In this document: positions 27,539 through 35,301 of the stretch, one piece after another
Layout of the letters: each line of letters opens with the position of its first letter
Position numbering within the stretch: the stretch's first letter is position 1
DNA from: a virus
Lineage: Duplodnaviria; Caudoviricetes
DNA length: 37,281 nt
Strand: one strand, 5' to 3'
IMG/VR virus record: IMGVR_UViG_3300017965_000007
Coordinates: 1-37,281 of that record
Program-made: the position numbers and the translations under genes
Notes under the pieces: model-generated
The model's input: only the letters and a program-made list of their open reading frames with translations
Told to the model about the DNA's origin: nothing
The model's database searches: none

Positions 27539-27961
27539 ATGTCCGTATCGCAAGCCAAAGCCGACTCGTACTTCGCCCCGATGGCCGCAGCGCAGGGCAC
27601 CGACGGGTCCATTCGCAACAACGTCATTCGCCGGCCTGTCGCCGCGGGCAACACGTCCGAGGCGCTCGACACGAGCGTGATGCTGGACGGCGTCACGCGC
27701 GTCGACTGGGCGGGCAAGTACGTCGACGTCAAGAACGAGAGCGCCACCGACGCGCTCGAGTTCGCGTTCAGCGCGGGGGCTCAGACGCTCACGCTCGCTG
27801 CGGTGGGCACGTTCACGGCGGGCAACGTCGCGTCGGGCTGGAGGCTCGGCCCGGGCGAGACCAAGAGCGTGGTGGTGCCGCCGACTGCCACGCATGTGAA
27901 CTGGATCGGGGCCGGCGGCACGATCGCGTTTTACTGCTCTGAAGGCGTGCTGGTGAAGTGA
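27539..27961 (+). CDS. putative tail/virion structural protein
   Basis: AGGAGG SD; beta-rich 140 aa upstream of the tail-tip gene. Confidence 0.55.
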   Translation: MSVSQAKADSYFAPMAAAQGTDGSIRNNVIRRPVAAGNTSEALDTSVMLDGVTRVDWAGKYVDVKNESATDALEFAFSAGAQTLTLAAVGTFTAGNVASGWRLGPGETKSVVVPPTATHVNWIGAGGTIAFYCSEGVLVK

Positions 27962-29493
27962 TGAGTCGCCGTCTTGGACGCTCTCGGAGGTGGGGGTCGC
28001 AGCGCGGCAGTGCGGCGCCGCCGTCGCTGTTTCAGCAGGTGCTGGCGCTGAGCGCGGGCCGGCCCGTGTTCACCGCGGACAAGTATGTCGTGGACGGGGT
28101 CAGCGGCAGGGTGCGTGGCTTTGTCGATTGGAACGATCCGACGCACACGCTGGAGCAGGCAACGAGCGCGAATCAGGTGCTGGTGCCCGGTTCCTCCGCC
28201 GCGTTCAACGGCGCAGCGGTTGCGGCGTTTCCAGGGACAGCGGTGTACGGATCCACGCGTCCGCCGAGCGCGTGGGCGTTCGCGCATGATGGTGCGTCCT
28301 GCGAATACGTGATCGTGTTCAAACAGTCGGTCGTCGCCGGAGTGCAGGCAATCGCAGTCACGACCCCGGCGCCGCCTGGCTTTCAGGCGTACTGCGACGG
28401 GGCGAGCCTGGGGGTGGACGTGCTAAACGGCGCGGGTGCGGGGGTGGTGCCTGTCACGCTCGTTGCCGCGACGGGCGCGCAAGCGACCTATCTCGACATG
28501 CGTACCGAAGCGGCGGGCTCTCCACAGTGGGAAGCGCGGGTCCGCGGCGTGGTTGGAGCGAGTGGCGCGTACGGGGCCGCGGTGTCAGGCACCGCGCCCG
28601 GCGCCGCGCTGCAGGTTGGCGCCGTGAACGCCGCGCTTGCTGCGCCGTTCTTCGGCGACATCGCCGCGGTCCTGTTCTTCCCCGCGCTCACGCCAGCACA
28701 GCGCCTGATCGTCGAGACGTGGATCTACGAGACGTACGGCATCGTGTCGCCGTCGCTCGCCCCGATGCTGTTCGAGCGCGTGCTGGAACTCTCCGAGGGG
28801 CGCCCGATCTTCACGGCCGACCACTACACGCTAGATGGGGTCTCGGGGCGTGTGCGCAACTTCATCGACCACAGCAACCCGGCGCACCTGATCGATCAGG
28901 TCGTCGGCGCCAACCAGGTGCTCGTGCCTGCGCCGCACGCTGACTTCGCGGGCGTGGCGTGCGCCAACTTCGACGCCGCAGCGTCCAACAACTACGTGAG
29001 CAACCTGCTCGGCAACGTCAACTGGATGCACGACGGGACGGGCGGCGAGTACTTTCTTATTGGTACGCACATCGCGGGGGCTGATGGCGGGGTACCGATC
29101 GGCTCCCGCGATATTGGCGGTGTCGGATTCTCGCTTGTGTTTTCAGGCGCAGCCGACATTCAGCAGTATGTCATTGGTGACGGGGAATCGTTCGTGGTGG
29201 CTGCCCCGGCGTCGGCTGCCGCAGCGGGCGTACCAGGTTACGTAAATTTTCGACTGTCGACTGCCGCAACGCCCGATTTTGAATTTCGCAACAAAGGCAC
29301 GATCGCAGCGCAGGGTGACGTGACCAATCCGCCAAGCGGCGCACCCAGTTCTCAGCGGTTACGCCTCGGCGGCCCCCCGCCCTACGTGGCGAGCTTTCGC
29401 TGGGTCGCGCTCGTGATGACGCCCGCGCTCACGCCGGCGCAGCGTACGACCGTGCAGCAGTGGATTCAGTCCGCGTACGGCATCGCGGCATAG
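27961..29493 (+). CDS. putative receptor-binding/tail-tip protein with two tandem LamG/ConA-like domains
   Basis: Two ~240-aa homologous halves, each ending PALTPAQR..V..WI...YGI; FFGDIAAVLFFPAL resembles a LamG-like C-terminus. Confidence 0.55.
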   Translation: MSRRLGRSRRWGSQRGSAAPPSLFQQVLALSAGRPVFTADKYVVDGVSGRVRGFVDWNDPTHTLEQATSANQVLVPGSSAAFNGAAVAAFPGTAVYGSTRPPSAWAFAHDGASCEYVIVFKQSVVAGVQAIAVTTPAPPGFQAYCDGASLGVDVLNGAGAGVVPVTLVAATGAQATYLDMRTEAAGSPQWEARVRGVVGASGAYGAAVSGTAPGAALQVGAVNAALAAPFFGDIAAVLFFPALTPAQRLIVETWIYETYGIVSPSLAPMLFERVLELSEGRPIFTADHYTLDGVSGRVRNFIDHSNPAHLIDQVVGANQVLVPAPHADFAGVACANFDAAASNNYVSNLLGNVNWMHDGTGGEYFLIGTHIAGADGGVPIGSRDIGGVGFSLVFSGAADIQQYVIGDGESFVVAAPASAAAAGVPGYVNFRLSTAATPDFEFRNKGTIAAQGDVTNPPSGAPSSQRLRLGGPPPYVASFRWVALVMTPALTPAQRTTVQQWIQSAYGIAA

Positions 29494-29501
29494 GAGAGAC
29501 C

Positions 29502-29966
29502 ATGGCCAAGCTATACGTGATGGGCACCGTCGACGAGCTGCAGGAGATCCGCATCGCGCTCGACCACGCCAACAGCTACTTCGACGCGCAGGGCAACCGC
29601 ATCCCCCCAGGCGACGGCACCACGATCGGCCCGCCCACGCTCACGGCCGACGGCACCGTGGGCTTCATGTGGCTGCCGATGGATGCGCAGTTCGTGGTCC
29701 CGCACCTCGGCCAGGTGCACAACGGGACGCTCATCCCCGCGAGCGGCGACCTGCTGCTGCAAGAGGACCTGCCGCAGGAGTTCCAGGACTACCTGGTCGC
29801 GTGGTCGGACTTCTTCGGGCCCAAGCCTGCCGCGCCCGAGAAGCCGAACCCGTGGCCGCCTGAGGAGCCCGAGGGCGACCCCGAGGACCCGCCGGCGTGC
29901 CCGCCTGTGCAGCCTGCCGCAGTGAAGCGCACGCTCGTGCAGCGCTTGCGGCGCCGCAGCAAGTAG
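29502..29966 (+). CDS. hypothetical protein with Pro/Glu-rich C-terminus
   Basis: AGGAG SD before ATG 29502. Confidence 0.65.
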   Translation: MAKLYVMGTVDELQEIRIALDHANSYFDAQGNRIPPGDGTTIGPPTLTADGTVGFMWLPMDAQFVVPHLGQVHNGTLIPASGDLLLQEDLPQEFQDYLVAWSDFFGPKPAAPEKPNPWPPEEPEGDPEDPPACPPVQPAAVKRTLVQRLRRRSK

Positions 29967-29970
29967 CCCG

Positions 29971-30147
29971 GTGCGTGCGCTCGTGTGGCTGCTCCTCCTC
30001 GCGGGCTGCACGCTCACGGTCACGCACACGTTCACGCTGGGGCCTACGCCCCCGGCAGCGCCTCCGCGCCTGGTGTGCTCGCAGCTGCAGTGTCCGGACG
30101 GTGGGGCGGCGCTGGAGCTGGCGAGCGGGCGGTGCTTGTGTCCGTGA
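29971..30147 (+). CDS. small Pro/Cys-rich lipoprotein, 58 aa (o-spanin/Rz1-like candidate)
   Basis: Read manually (below the ORF cutoff): MRALVWLLLLAG|CTLTVTHTFTLGPTPPAAPPRLVCSQLQCPDGG...RCLCP; perfect LAGC lipobox. Confidence 0.6.
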   Translation: MRALVWLLLLAGCTLTVTHTFTLGPTPPAAPPRLVCSQLQCPDGGAALELASGRCLCP

Positions 30148-30162
30148 GGACGAGGGCGCGCT

Positions 30163-30558
30163 CTACAGCGTCTCTACTCGTCCGCACTCTTTGCAGGCCC
30201 GCCTGCCGACGCCAATCGACTCCCAGGAATGCTTGGCGGTGTTGTCGGCCACCTCGCACGCCCGGAACTTCTCCGCCAAGCTCGGCGCGACCAGCTCGTA
30301 CGCCTTCAGCCGGCGCTCGTAGAGCTTCATGCAGTCGGCCATCGTGTCGACGGTCTCGCGTGCAACGTGCACGAGGCGGGCCTGCTGCCGCTCGTAGACG
30401 AACAGCAGCGCCACGATGAGCGTATACGCCACCGCCATCATGAAGGGCGTGTACGGGCCCCCGAGGCCGAGGCGGGCGAGCGTCCAGCGGTCCACGACGG
30501 CGCACGCGCCCATGACGCCGAAGCCGATCGTGCTTGCGCGGTACCACCAGGGGCTCAT
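30163..30558 (-). CDS. two-TM membrane protein with C-terminal CxxC
   Basis: ATGA coupling; hydrophobic segments; CKEC. Confidence 0.6.
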   Translation of the reverse strand: MSPWWYRASTIGFGVMGACAVVDRWTLARLGLGGPYTPFMMAVAYTLIVALLFVYERQQARLVHVARETVDTMADCMKLYERRLKAYELVAPSLAEKFRACEVADNTAKHSWESIGVGRRACKECGRVETL

Positions 30559-30803
30559 GGCGCACCCCCGGGCATGTCCGGCCCGTTGTCCTGGAACGTC
30601 CAGACCGCGGCCCCGATGCGCACGAACTGGTCGTGCGAGAGCCTGATCGGCGCTTGCCCCACGCCGCCCTCCTGCGTGTGCACCAAGAAGTAGCCTTGGA
30701 CGCCCCACGCGCGGACCTGCTCGACGATCACGAACACCGGGCCCCAGCGCGTTGCCTCGGGATTGGCCTGCACGACGTCGCCGGGTTCGAGGGGGGCGGT
30801 CAT
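30555..30803 (-). CDS. hypothetical protein (SH3-like; LEPGDVVQANP...VEQVRAWGVQGY)
   Basis: ATGA coupling at both ends. Confidence 0.65.
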   Translation of the reverse strand: MTAPLEPGDVVQANPEATRWGPVFVIVEQVRAWGVQGYFLVHTQEGGVGQAPIRLSHDQFVRIGAAVWTFQDNGPDMPGGAP

Positions 30804-31026
30804 GGCGCGGCCTTGCCGGCTTTGCTGGCGTCGTCGAGCGCAGTCTGGACCCGCGCGAACGTAACCCCCGTGCAGAAGGCGCAGAGGAGCCACTGCACGT
30901 TCGTCTGGTGGAAGGATGGCCCGGCCTTCTCCGGCACGTTGCTCAAGGTGAGCGTGGCGAACTGGCCGAGTTCGTCCGCCTGGATGTGTTTGCAAGGGAT
31001 GGTCGTCATGGCGCGCCCTTGCCGGC
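30799..31026. repeat. 22-bp direct repeat GTCATGGCGCG(G/C)CCTTGCCGGC flanking the 30800-31009 gene
   Basis: Copies at 30799-30820 and 31005-31026, 21/22 identical. Confidence 0.75.
30800..31009 (-). CDS. hypothetical protein (CKH...CAFC), bounded by direct repeats
   Basis: ATGA coupling at both ends. Confidence 0.6.
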   Translation of the reverse strand: MTTIPCKHIQADELGQFATLTLSNVPEKAGPSFHQTNVQWLLCAFCTGVTFARVQTALDDASKAGKAAP

Positions 31027-31512
31027 GCCGAGCGCTTGCTCGGCCAGCGCCACCGCCTGCGCCCGTGCGTACTCCACGGTCCGGTATTGCTCGTAGTTGT
31101 AGATAGACGCCGGGTCCCACTCCGCGCCACGGATCTGCTGCAGCGTGGCGAGCATCCCGGGCATCACGTCCATCCCGTGCGCGCAGTCAAACCCGACCCA
31201 CCACACGCCGTCGGGCTCGCCCTCGCGCGGCACATGGCAGATGCGCTCGCTGCACGCGCCCGAGTACGTGAGTCCGCCGTGCACGTCGACGTCGTCACCG
31301 AGTCCCACCACGCCGTAGTCGCGACCGTGCCAGGGATGGCCCGCCGGCACCGCCACGTAGCCGCACCAGTTCCCGAGCGGCCCGCGCAAGAGGAGCACGG
31401 GAAAGCCGTGCGCCTCGAAGCGGTCCTCGTCGGGCTCGTTGTCCCACGGGCCAGGGGGCCAGCCGTCGCGGGGGATCTTGTGGGGCTCGGTCACGTCAGT
31501 TCTTGTCGGCAT
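31006..31512 (-). CDS. conserved phage hypothetical protein (CGYV..HP..VHGGLTY..GFDCAH family)
   Basis: Recognisable widespread motif set; GGAG SD supplied by a GTGGGGGAG repeat. Confidence 0.75.
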   Translation of the reverse strand: MPTRTDVTEPHKIPRDGWPPGPWDNEPDEDRFEAHGFPVLLLRGPLGNWCGYVAVPAGHPWHGRDYGVVGLGDDVDVHGGLTYSGACSERICHVPREGEPDGVWWVGFDCAHGMDVMPGMLATLQQIRGAEWDPASIYNYEQYRTVEYARAQAVALAEQALGAGKGAP

Positions 31513-31547
31513 TGTCTCCCCCACTTGCTCCCCCACCAGGGGCGGCG

Positions 31548-31772
31548 TCACTTCCACTTCTCCATGCGGGCTCGTACCCGCGCCTCGACTTCAGGCGATA
31601 CCGTCACGGGCCCCTGGGCTGCCAGCTTGCGAGCCGCCCGCACGGCGTTGTCCTGCTTCTGCGCCAGCATTCGCTCCTGGGCTTGGCATAAGCGCTCGAG
31701 CAGCACGAGGAGCCGCTCGAAGCGCTCCAGGGGCAGCTCGATCGTGGGGGCGTCTTTCTTGTCTCCGGCCAT
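31548..31772 (-). CDS. hypothetical 74-aa protein
   Basis: Helical ORF filling the space between repeat pairs; weak SD. Confidence 0.55.
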   Translation of the reverse strand: MAGDKKDAPTIELPLERFERLLVLLERLCQAQERMLAQKQDNAVRAARKLAAQGPVTVSPEVEARVRARMEKWK

Positions 31773-31866
31773 GGGATGCCCTGTTTCCGGGTGAGCCCTG
31801 CTCCCCGGACCGGCTCCAGTGGTGGGGGAGAAGTGGGGGAGCGAAGGTAGCCCAATCGGCTAAGTA

Positions 31867-31916
31867 TGGAGCGGGACAAGGGATTCGAACCCTCGACTTC
31901 AACCTTGGCAAGGTCG
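31867..31916 (-). mobile_element. attP: attP core: 3' half of tRNA-Gly(GCC)
   Basis: Minus strand reads CGACC-TTGCCAA-GGTTG-AAGTC-GAGGG-TTCGAAT-CCCTT-GTCCCGC-TCCA (anticodon arm, T arm, acceptor 3' strand, CCA); no D arm or 5' strand; 25 bp after the int stop. Confidence 0.9.
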
Positions 31917-31941
31917 GAAGAGCAAAACAAAAACACGACTT

Positions 31942-33285
31942 TTACCGCGGTTTTTGGGGTTTCCTGATGCCGCGAGACCCCCCGAGAGTGGGGGAGCCAG
32001 GGGGGGAAGTGGGGGAGGAAGTGGGGGAGCTGGGGGGGTCAAGTGGGGGAGCGGCCAGCGTGAACACGGCGGCGACGGCGGCCCCGCGCTCGCGTCCTGA
32101 GACGGTCGCGTAGCGGTCGGTCATGGCGGGCTTGGTGTGCCCCATCAGCGCGCGAACGACGCTCTCCGGCGCGGACTGGCGGAGCAGGTCGTTGAACGTC
32201 CGGCGCAGCCCCTTGGGGGTCAGCGTGAGGCATGGCGAGCGGCCGCTCTCGAGCTCGGCGAGGAGCTTGCCCTGGATCGCGCGCAGCACGTTCGCCGAGG
32301 TCTGGCGCGCGATGGGCTGGGCGCCGTTGCGGGTCGGGAACAGCCACCCGCTCTCGGCTCGGCGCTGGGCGTTGATTTGCGCAGGCGCGTCGTCGGCTGC
32401 CTGCGCCGCCAGCAGCTCGCGGCGGTGTGCCTGGAGGATGGCGCGCAGCTCGTCGCAGAGGGGGACCAGGCGCCAGTCCTCCTCCTTGAGCCGCTCGTAG
32501 ACGACCGGTCCCGACCAGGTGCGCCGCAAGAGGATGTGCGGCCCGTGTCGATCGCTGTCCGGGCGAATGTCTTCCCAGCGCAGCGTGCATGCCTCGCTGA
32601 CGCGCATGCCGGTGAAGGCCCACACGGCGATAAGCGGGTACCACTTGGGGCTCACGCGCTCGGCGCCTTGGAGCAGCTCGCGCAGCTCGTCGAGCGAGAG
32701 CGCGTTGGGCTCGTCGAGCGTGTACGCGGGCGACTCGGGCAGGGCCTCGATGCCGTCGACCGGGCAGCGCTTGCCGATGTCGTACTCGAGCCACGCGTCG
32801 CGCAGCATCGATGCGAGGATGCGGAAGATGCTGTTGACCGTGACTGCGTTGCCGGGGAGGGCGTCGCGCCAGTCCAGCACGTCGGCGCGCTCGACCTTGT
32901 CGACGAGCATGTCGGCGATGGGCTTACTGGCGATGCCCGCGTCCTTGTTTCCGGTGACGTGGTTCTCGAGGTCGCGCACGTAGCGCGTGATGGTTCCGGG
33001 GGCGCGCTTGGCTGCCTTCTTACGTCCAATCCAGATGTCGGCGTAGGTTGACACGCGGGGGATCTGGCCGCGCTCGTGCGAGGCCATCCTTTTTTCCATC
33101 AGCGCGAGGAGCTGCGCGTACGCGTCCTTGGGGCTCTTCGCGGTGATGCCCCGGTCGACCTCCCTCAGCTGGCCCGTCTTGGGATGCTTCTTGCGCATCC
33201 GCACGTGGTAGCCCCCGTCGGGGGTCCTCCACACGGTGGTCGGGTACTCCTTCGTTGGCGTCAGATGGACGTTGTTCCGTTTCAT
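31942..33285 (-). CDS. int: tyrosine recombinase / phage integrase
   Basis: TGMRVSE (R), KGLRRT (HxxR position with H replaced by K), LMGH, DRY; GGGGAG SD before ATG 33285; adjacent to attP. Confidence 0.92.
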   Translation of the reverse strand: MKRNNVHLTPTKEYPTTVWRTPDGGYHVRMRKKHPKTGQLREVDRGITAKSPKDAYAQLLALMEKRMASHERGQIPRVSTYADIWIGRKKAAKRAPGTITRYVRDLENHVTGNKDAGIASKPIADMLVDKVERADVLDWRDALPGNAVTVNSIFRILASMLRDAWLEYDIGKRCPVDGIEALPESPAYTLDEPNALSLDELRELLQGAERVSPKWYPLIAVWAFTGMRVSEACTLRWEDIRPDSDRHGPHILLRRTWSGPVVYERLKEEDWRLVPLCDELRAILQAHRRELLAAQAADDAPAQINAQRRAESGWLFPTRNGAQPIARQTSANVLRAIQGKLLAELESGRSPCLTLTPKGLRRTFNDLLRQSAPESVVRALMGHTKPAMTDRYATVSGRERGAAVAAVFTLAAPPLDPPSSPTSSPTSPPGSPTLGGSRGIRKPQKPR

Positions 33286-33526
33286 GACTACTGCTCCCCG
33301 GGGGACTACGTTGGGGCTCGCGCCGTCCTGTGGCAAACGCGAGCATGGTACGCGCAAAGAACAGATGGGTGCCACGTGCGCCACGCCCGTCGGGCGTGAG
33401 CTGGCCCTTGCTCACAAGAATGCGCAGCGCGTGCGGTGTGCGGCGCACGTAGGCCGCGGCCTCTTCCGTGGTCAACAGCGTGTCCGGGGGGTATGTCGTT
33501 GGCGGAGCGAGCGGCCTGATCGTCAT
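33020..33526 (-). CDS. xis: excisionase-like HTH protein with a long C-terminal extension overlapping int
   Basis: LLTTEEAAAYVRRTPHALRILVSKGQL is an HTH_17/Xis pattern; AGGAGG SD before ATG 33526. Confidence 0.7.
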   Translation of the reverse strand: MTIRPLAPPTTYPPDTLLTTEEAAAYVRRTPHALRILVSKGQLTPDGRGARGTHLFFARTMLAFATGRREPQRSPPGSSSHETEQRPSDANEGVPDHRVEDPRRGLPRADAQEASQDGPAEGGRPGHHREEPQGRVRAAPRADGKKDGLARARPDPPRVNLRRHLDWT

Positions 33527-33699
33527 GGCGACCTCCTGATCGTGGGGCGCGCGCCTGCACGCGACAAGCACCCCTCCGCCACGCGCCGCGACTCGCTCGC
33601 CCACACGTACACGACCGCGAACGGAATCACGAGGCCCTCGACCAGCGCGTACACGCACCAGAGGAGAGAGCATATGGCAAGGGCGAGGTGGCGATTCAT
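33523..33699 (-). CDS. small membrane protein, 58 aa (MNRHLALAICSLLWCVYALVEGLVIPFAVVYVW...)
   Basis: Read manually; fills the gap exactly with ATGA coupling to xis. Confidence 0.5.
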   Translation of the reverse strand: MNRHLALAICSLLWCVYALVEGLVIPFAVVYVWASESRRVAEGCLSRAGARPTIRRSP

Positions 33700-33702
33700 G
33701 GC

Positions 33703-33909
33703 TCAGCCTTCCTTGCGCCAGCGCCCGGCATGCGGGCAGGTCGCAAAGTGCGATGTGTACGTGTTGCGCTGCTTAGCCTTCATGCCGTCGCCAGCCTCGA
33801 TCACGAAGCGGCGCTCGGGCTCGAAGTTGAGCGGCATGCGCTTACCGCTCTCGGTCTCGACCCACAGCACGTGGGCGTTACAGCTTTTGCACTGTCCTCG
33901 CTCGCCCAT
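33703..33909 (-). CDS. conserved phage Zn-finger protein
   Basis: CKSCNAHVLWVETESGKRMPLN...SHFATCP; AAGGAGG SD. Confidence 0.75.
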   Translation of the reverse strand: MGERGQCKSCNAHVLWVETESGKRMPLNFEPERRFVIEAGDGMKAKQRNTYTSHFATCPHAGRWRKEG

Positions 33910-33911
33910 GG

Positions 33912-34127
33912 TTACGCCTCCTTGTCGTCCTCGCCCTTGTCGCCCATGTCGCCCCTGACCTGCGCGATGGCCGCCTCGATCGCGGCGAGTTCGGCGAGCT
34001 GGCGCTCGCGGCGGTCCTCGAGCTTGGCGAGGCGCTTACGCCCCGCCTCGCGCACCTCCTCCATCCGCTCGCTGATGCTGCGCCGCGGGCCCTGCGTCTT
34101 TTTGGTGCTCGCCGTCGTCTCGCTCAT
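33912..34127 (-). CDS. hypothetical coiled-coil protein
   Basis: GGAG SD; ATGA coupling. Confidence 0.65.
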   Translation of the reverse strand: MSETTASTKKTQGPRRSISERMEEVREAGRKRLAKLEDRRERQLAELAAIEAAIAQVRGDMGDKGEDDKEA

Positions 34128-34783
34128 GGTGATCTCCGCTCTGTCTGCTGCGCCCGCCACACGGCGAACGCCTCGTCTTGCTCGCGCCGCCGCACGTCGC
34201 AGCGCTCGATGAGATGCGCGGCGCTCACGTCGCCGATCTTGTCCTTCAGGCGGTGAAGCACGAGGCCGGCGGCGATCGCGTCGGCGTCCGCTCGGTGCGC
34301 AGTCCCCATGACGATGCCCATACGTGCGCACACGGACGTGAGCTTGTGCCGGCCCTGCCCGCTCACGTAGCGCTGAAAGTGGCGCACCAGGACCAGCACG
34401 TCGACCCAGCTCTCGGCGGGGTCAAACGCGTGGCAGTCGCTCCCCTGGACCTGGGCGTGCAGCATGGCCCGGTCGAACGGCGCGTTGTAGGCGCACGTGA
34501 CTGCCCCCGCGCAGACCTCGAGGAGCCTGCCGGCGAGCTCGGGCAGCGTGGGCGCCTCGGCGACGTCGGCGTCCGTGATGTGGTGGATGGCGGTCGCCTC
34601 GGGCGGGATGGGGCAGCCCGGGTTCACGAAGCTGCCGAACGTGGCCACGGGCACGCCGCCCTCAAACCTCACAGCCGCGATCTCGCAGACGCGCCCGCCG
34701 CGGTCGGGGAGACCCGTGGTCTCCGTGTCGATCACCACGAGCGGCAGGCGCCAGACAGAGGCCGTGAGGTCGGGCGGCATCAC
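34124..34783 (-). CDS. DEDDh 3'-5' exonuclease (DnaQ / Pol III epsilon-like)
   Basis: ExoI IDTETTG, ExoII YNAPFD, ExoIII HRADADA. Confidence 0.9.
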   Translation of the reverse strand: MMPPDLTASVWRLPLVVIDTETTGLPDRGGRVCEIAAVRFEGGVPVATFGSFVNPGCPIPPEATAIHHITDADVAEAPTLPELAGRLLEVCAGAVTCAYNAPFDRAMLHAQVQGSDCHAFDPAESWVDVLVLVRHFQRYVSGQGRHKLTSVCARMGIVMGTAHRADADAIAAGLVLHRLKDKIGDVSAAHLIERCDVRRREQDEAFAVWRAQQTERRSP

Positions 34784-35301
34784 TCGCTCGCGGCTTCCCA
34801 GTCGTCGTCGGGCGGCGGCTCGCTGTCGTCCATGGTGCCGGCGCCGGGCACGTTCACGGGCTCACGCACCTGCGCGGGCGGCGAGCGCTTCTGGCCGCCG
34901 TTCGGACGCACCGCGTGCATCGTCATCCGGGTCGGCTTACGACGCGGCAGCGCCACCTCGATGTCGCGGTCCTTGTCGAGGTGCGGCGAGCCATAGATGC
35001 GGATGCAGGGCTCGCCGTTCCACTCGCCGGGAAACCACGTCACGCGCTTACCGATCCACTCGCTGACCTTGCGTCCGAACATCTCGCGCAGGCAGATGCC
35101 GTTGGTCTTGTTGAGCGGGATTTGCTTGGTGGTCTCCTTGAACGAGAGCACGCCCTTGATCTTCTTGCCTGCGTCGCTCTCGAGCTCCTCGAGGTCGAGG
35201 TCGGCGATCGTCAGGGTGACAAAGCGCCCCTGCAATTCCCCCGCCTTCAAAAAGCGGCCCGGATACAGCTCGTCCCAGTCCACTGGTTTTTTCAGTCCCA
35301 T
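34780..35301 (-). CDS. putative ssDNA-binding/annealing protein
   Basis: Next to the RecE-like nuclease; FLKAGEL..VTLTI..LNKTN..WIGKRV pattern; acidic aromatic tail DDSEPPPDDDW. Confidence 0.5.
   Translation of the reverse strand: MGLKKPVDWDELYPGRFLKAGELQGRFVTLTIADLDLEELESDAGKKIKGVLSFKETTKQIPLNKTNGICLREMFGRKVSEWIGKRVTWFPGEWNGEPCIRIYGSPHLDKDRDIEVALPRRKPTRMTMHAVRPNGGQKRSPPAQVREPVNVPGAGTMDDSEPPPDDDWEAASE

Larger units (their letters stand above)
31516..32051. repeat. eight copies of (AA)GTGGGGGAG, putative integrase arm-type sites
   Basis: Inverted copies 31516-31526 and 31528-31537; direct copies 31821-31830, 31831-31841, 31987-31996, 32007-32017, 32019-32029, 32041-32051. Confidence 0.7.

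Noticed and set aside
27961-29493. Diversity-generating retroelement acting on the tail-tip gene
   Set aside because: No reverse transcriptase in the window, and the two halves differ throughout rather than only at adenines
31867-31941. Complete phage-encoded tRNA-Gly
   Set aside because: Upstream of the anticodon arm the sequence is T-rich (GTGTTTTTGTTTTGCTCTTC) with no D arm or 5' acceptor strand, so it is an attP half-tRNA
31516-32051. CRISPR or mini-CRISPR array
   Set aside because: Repeats are 10-11 bp, irregularly spaced and in both orientations; no cas genes
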